The position numbers and the translations under genes are program-made. DNA of 16,101 nucleotides from IMG/VR virus record IMGVR_UViG_3300035516_000805. One strand, written 5' to 3'. This document shows positions 14,331-16,101 of this stretch, piece by piece. The DNA is from a virus. Taxonomy: Duplodnaviria; Heunggongvirae; Uroviricota; Caudoviricetes. Below the pieces are notes generated by a model, which had not been told where the DNA came from, ran no database searches, and saw only the letters and a list, made by a program, of their open reading frames with translations. Within the stretch, counting starts at the first letter, position 1. Every line of letters begins with the position of its first letter.

Positions 14331-15670
14331 CATTACTTTTACATAATATATTTAATGCTCCATTAACATCAGCATTAAGTGTTTTTCCATTAGAACATTG
14401 ATACATCCCTCTGTGAATACGCTTACCACTAAATATATAAATTTTAGGATTATCATTATTATAAACAGGAATTTTATCTTTATCAAAAAATGAAGCTTTT
14501 GATGTATAACTTTCTTCCTGTTTGATAAATACAATATTATTTAATTCACATAGATATTCAAGTTTTTCACGAAGTTTACCATATGGAATATTCACAAAGG
14601 TCTGATTATTAACTTTACCTATGTTTACATTTCTTTGAAATGTTTCATTATAACCTACAATAAGAGTGCCTATATTATTAATAATGCAATAATCTATAAT
14701 TTTACGAGCAACTTTATTCATATAATCATCAACCTTATTATTACGGTTACGAGTTAGAATTTTCATTCGATTGGTAGGATTTTTACCATAATGCTGTTTG
14801 TCTTTAATACTTTGTAAACGAGCAAACTCTTTATTATACCACTGGTTAATAGATTTAAGCTTTTTCCCATCAATAATAAAGGACCTTCCACTACTTGATA
14901 CAGCAGTTACGAGATTATTAATACCAAGGTCAAGAGCAAGTACATTGTTTTTATTAAGATTTCTTTGAATACATTCAGCTTCATAGGTGTACTGAATTTC
15001 AAAGAACCTTGCATTGGATTTTGGTATAATTCGAATTTCTTTAACTTTTTTATCAAGTAATACCGGCGGAATTGTAATCTCAATAGATTTATGGGTTTTC
15101 TTATATATATTAGAAAATGGTAAAATCAATTTATTCCCATTAAATCTTATAAAACCTATAACAAGAGTGGTATATCCATCTTTTGGAAGATATTTAGGTA
15201 ATTTACAATCTTTAAAAGCATACTTACCCTTTTTTGCAAGTTTTAAAAGTCCAAAGAATGACTTAAAGCTACCATCTACTTCTTTAAGAATTTGTTGTGC
15301 CATATTTGAATTAAGCAGCTTATAATTATCAGATGATTTTAAAAGGGCATAATTTTTTTCATAATTAAGATATTCGCCTTCATTAAAATAATATTGCCTA
15401 ACATTATAAATTGCCTGATTTGTTAAGTTTTTTGCGATATGGCAAAGTTCCTTAATAGAATTATAATCTTCTTTTGACAGATGTTTTACTTGTTGTTTGA
15501 CAGTTAAATACATATGATTTTTTCTCCTTTCTATAGATTTAGAGAATACTTTCTCTATGTATATATTATGACATGCATTTTACCAAAATTCCATATTTTT
15601 AGTAAAATATATTTATTATTAACATTCATCTTCCACCTATAGAGGTGGAAGTATTCTGTTAAATTTTCAG
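14174..15670 (-). mobile_element. Non-autonomous IS200/IS605-family element (IS1341-like, tnpB only), 1497 bp
   Basis: Left end: TTTAT|, then 15 nt, then AATA, then hairpin CTTCCACCT-CTAT-AGGTGGAAG (15630-15651). Right end: GAAG, then hairpin CCCCCACTT-CTAT-AAGTGGTGGG, then TAGTTCAC|. Spacing matches the known IS608 end layout. Only 156 nt lie between the left end and tnpB, so there is no tnpA. Confidence 0.9.
14263..15513 (-). CDS. tnpB: TnpB RNA-guided endonuclease (rearranged RuvC-II type)
   Basis: N-terminal AKNLTNQAIYNVRQ, RuvC-I ALDLGINN, RuvC-II region LIVGYN without the canonical Glu, EESYTSK, RuvC-III NADVNGALNI. RBS AAAGGAG. Confidence 0.93.
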   Translation of the reverse strand: MYLTVKQQVKHLSKEDYNSIKELCHIAKNLTNQAIYNVRQYYFNEGEYLNYEKNYALLKSSDNYKLLNSNMAQQILKEVDGSFKSFFGLLKLAKKGKYAFKDCKLPKYLPKDGYTTLVIGFIRFNGNKLILPFSNIYKKTHKSIEITIPPVLLDKKVKEIRIIPKSNARFFEIQYTYEAECIQRNLNKNNVLALDLGINNLVTAVSSSGRSFIIDGKKLKSINQWYNKEFARLQSIKDKQHYGKNPTNRMKILTRNRNNKVDDYMNKVARKIIDYCIINNIGTLIVGYNETFQRNVNIGKVNNQTFVNIPYGKLREKLEYLCELNNIVFIKQEESYTSKASFFDKDKIPVYNNDNPKIYIFSGKRIHRGMYQCSNGKTLNADVNGALNILCKSNVVDLTILYSRGEVDTPVRIRIA

Positions 15671-15675
15671 ATAAA

Positions 15676-15707
15676 TATGACATTGTATTACTAATAATGT
15701 CAACAGT
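15676..15707 (-). promoter_or_regulatory. 32-bp palindromic promoter/operator, copy 3
   Basis: Minus strand ACTGTTGACATTATTAGTAATACAATGTCATA is 29/32 identical to copies 1 and 2, with both palindrome arms intact. It ends immediately before the IS target TTTAT. Confidence 0.8.
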
Positions 15708-15721
15708 CTAAGTAAAATTTT

Positions 15722-16101
15722 TTAATAAAGTCCACGGTTCTGCATATAATGTTGTCTGCGTAAGCCTTCTATTTCAGCTTGTATTTCCTGCTCAAATGCA
15801 GCACGTTCAGTTTTAGTATAACTTACTGCATATTTCATCAGGTCCTTCATATCAATAATATCCATAATATCCATAGGATACTCTTGTAAAATACTCATAA
15901 TAATATTTTGATAACCGGTTGAATTTGTTTTTGTAATAATATTCTGCTGCGTAATTGTAATTGTACACTTTTCAGAAAATGACTCATCATAATCATTATC
16001 TTCCTCATTTTCTTCATCATTTAACCGGTTACAGATATGAATACGATATCCGTCATCTACAACATTACATATATATAAGTCAACTAATAAGTTCGCCTTT
16101 A
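15722..16101 (-). CDS. Partial hypothetical protein (5' end beyond the window)
   Basis: 126 codons open to the window edge: KANLLVDLYICNVVDDGYRIHIC...DEENEEDNDYDE...EGLRRQHYMQNRGLY*. Absent from the ORF track in this form. Confidence 0.7.
   Translation of the reverse strand, partial: KANLLVDLYICNVVDDGYRIHICNRLNDEENEEDNDYDESFSEKCTITITQQNIITKTNSTGYQNIIMSILQEYPMDIMDIIDMKDLMKYAVSYTKTERAAFEQEIQAEIEGLRRQHYMQNRGLY

Noticed and set aside
10308-15325. Overlapping ORFs 10308-10610, 11507-11779, 11996-12187, 12660-13058, 14352-14534 and 15014-15325
   Set aside because: Antisense or off-frame shadows of dnaE, the HAD gene and tnpB. 11996-12187 is partly a translation of the repeat units.
15514-15670. 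tnpA or a group I intron (IStron) at the IS left end
   Set aside because: Only about 156 nt are available, with no HUH ORF and no room for an intron core.

Overview
AT-rich DNA from what looks like a large Firmicutes (Clostridia/Lachnospiraceae-like) mobile replicon, either a megaplasmid, ICE or phage-plasmid. The host and element type are inferred from gene families and are not proven. Plus strand, 342-12116: T5orf172/GIY-YIG protein, RuvC-like resolvase, several small prophage-type hypotheticals, a higher-GC DUF3850/ASCH gene, a membrane protein, a clpP plus soluble virD4-like ATPase pair, two tandem paralogous hypotheticals, a stand-alone HEPN-like protein and a full-length dnaE. Minus strand, 12305-16101: a decaying prophage-type operon, a complete non-autonomous IS200/IS605 (IS1341-like) element at 14174-15670 with tnpB, and a gene cut by the window edge. 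The most striking signal is a family of at least six ~60-80 bp double-hairpin units with scaffold CTTAR-[hairpin B]-NAGTANT-[GTT...AAC hairpin A]-TRA. Their stems covary without wobble pairs and their loops are flipped between copies. They show no target duplication, insert into coding sequence (one gene inactivated, the DnaE C-terminus rewritten) and nest inside each other twice. Also present: a 32-bp palindromic promoter/operator in three copies, and an IS junction whose two flanks do not appear to belong to the same original locus. All alignments and counts were done by hand and no database searches were run.
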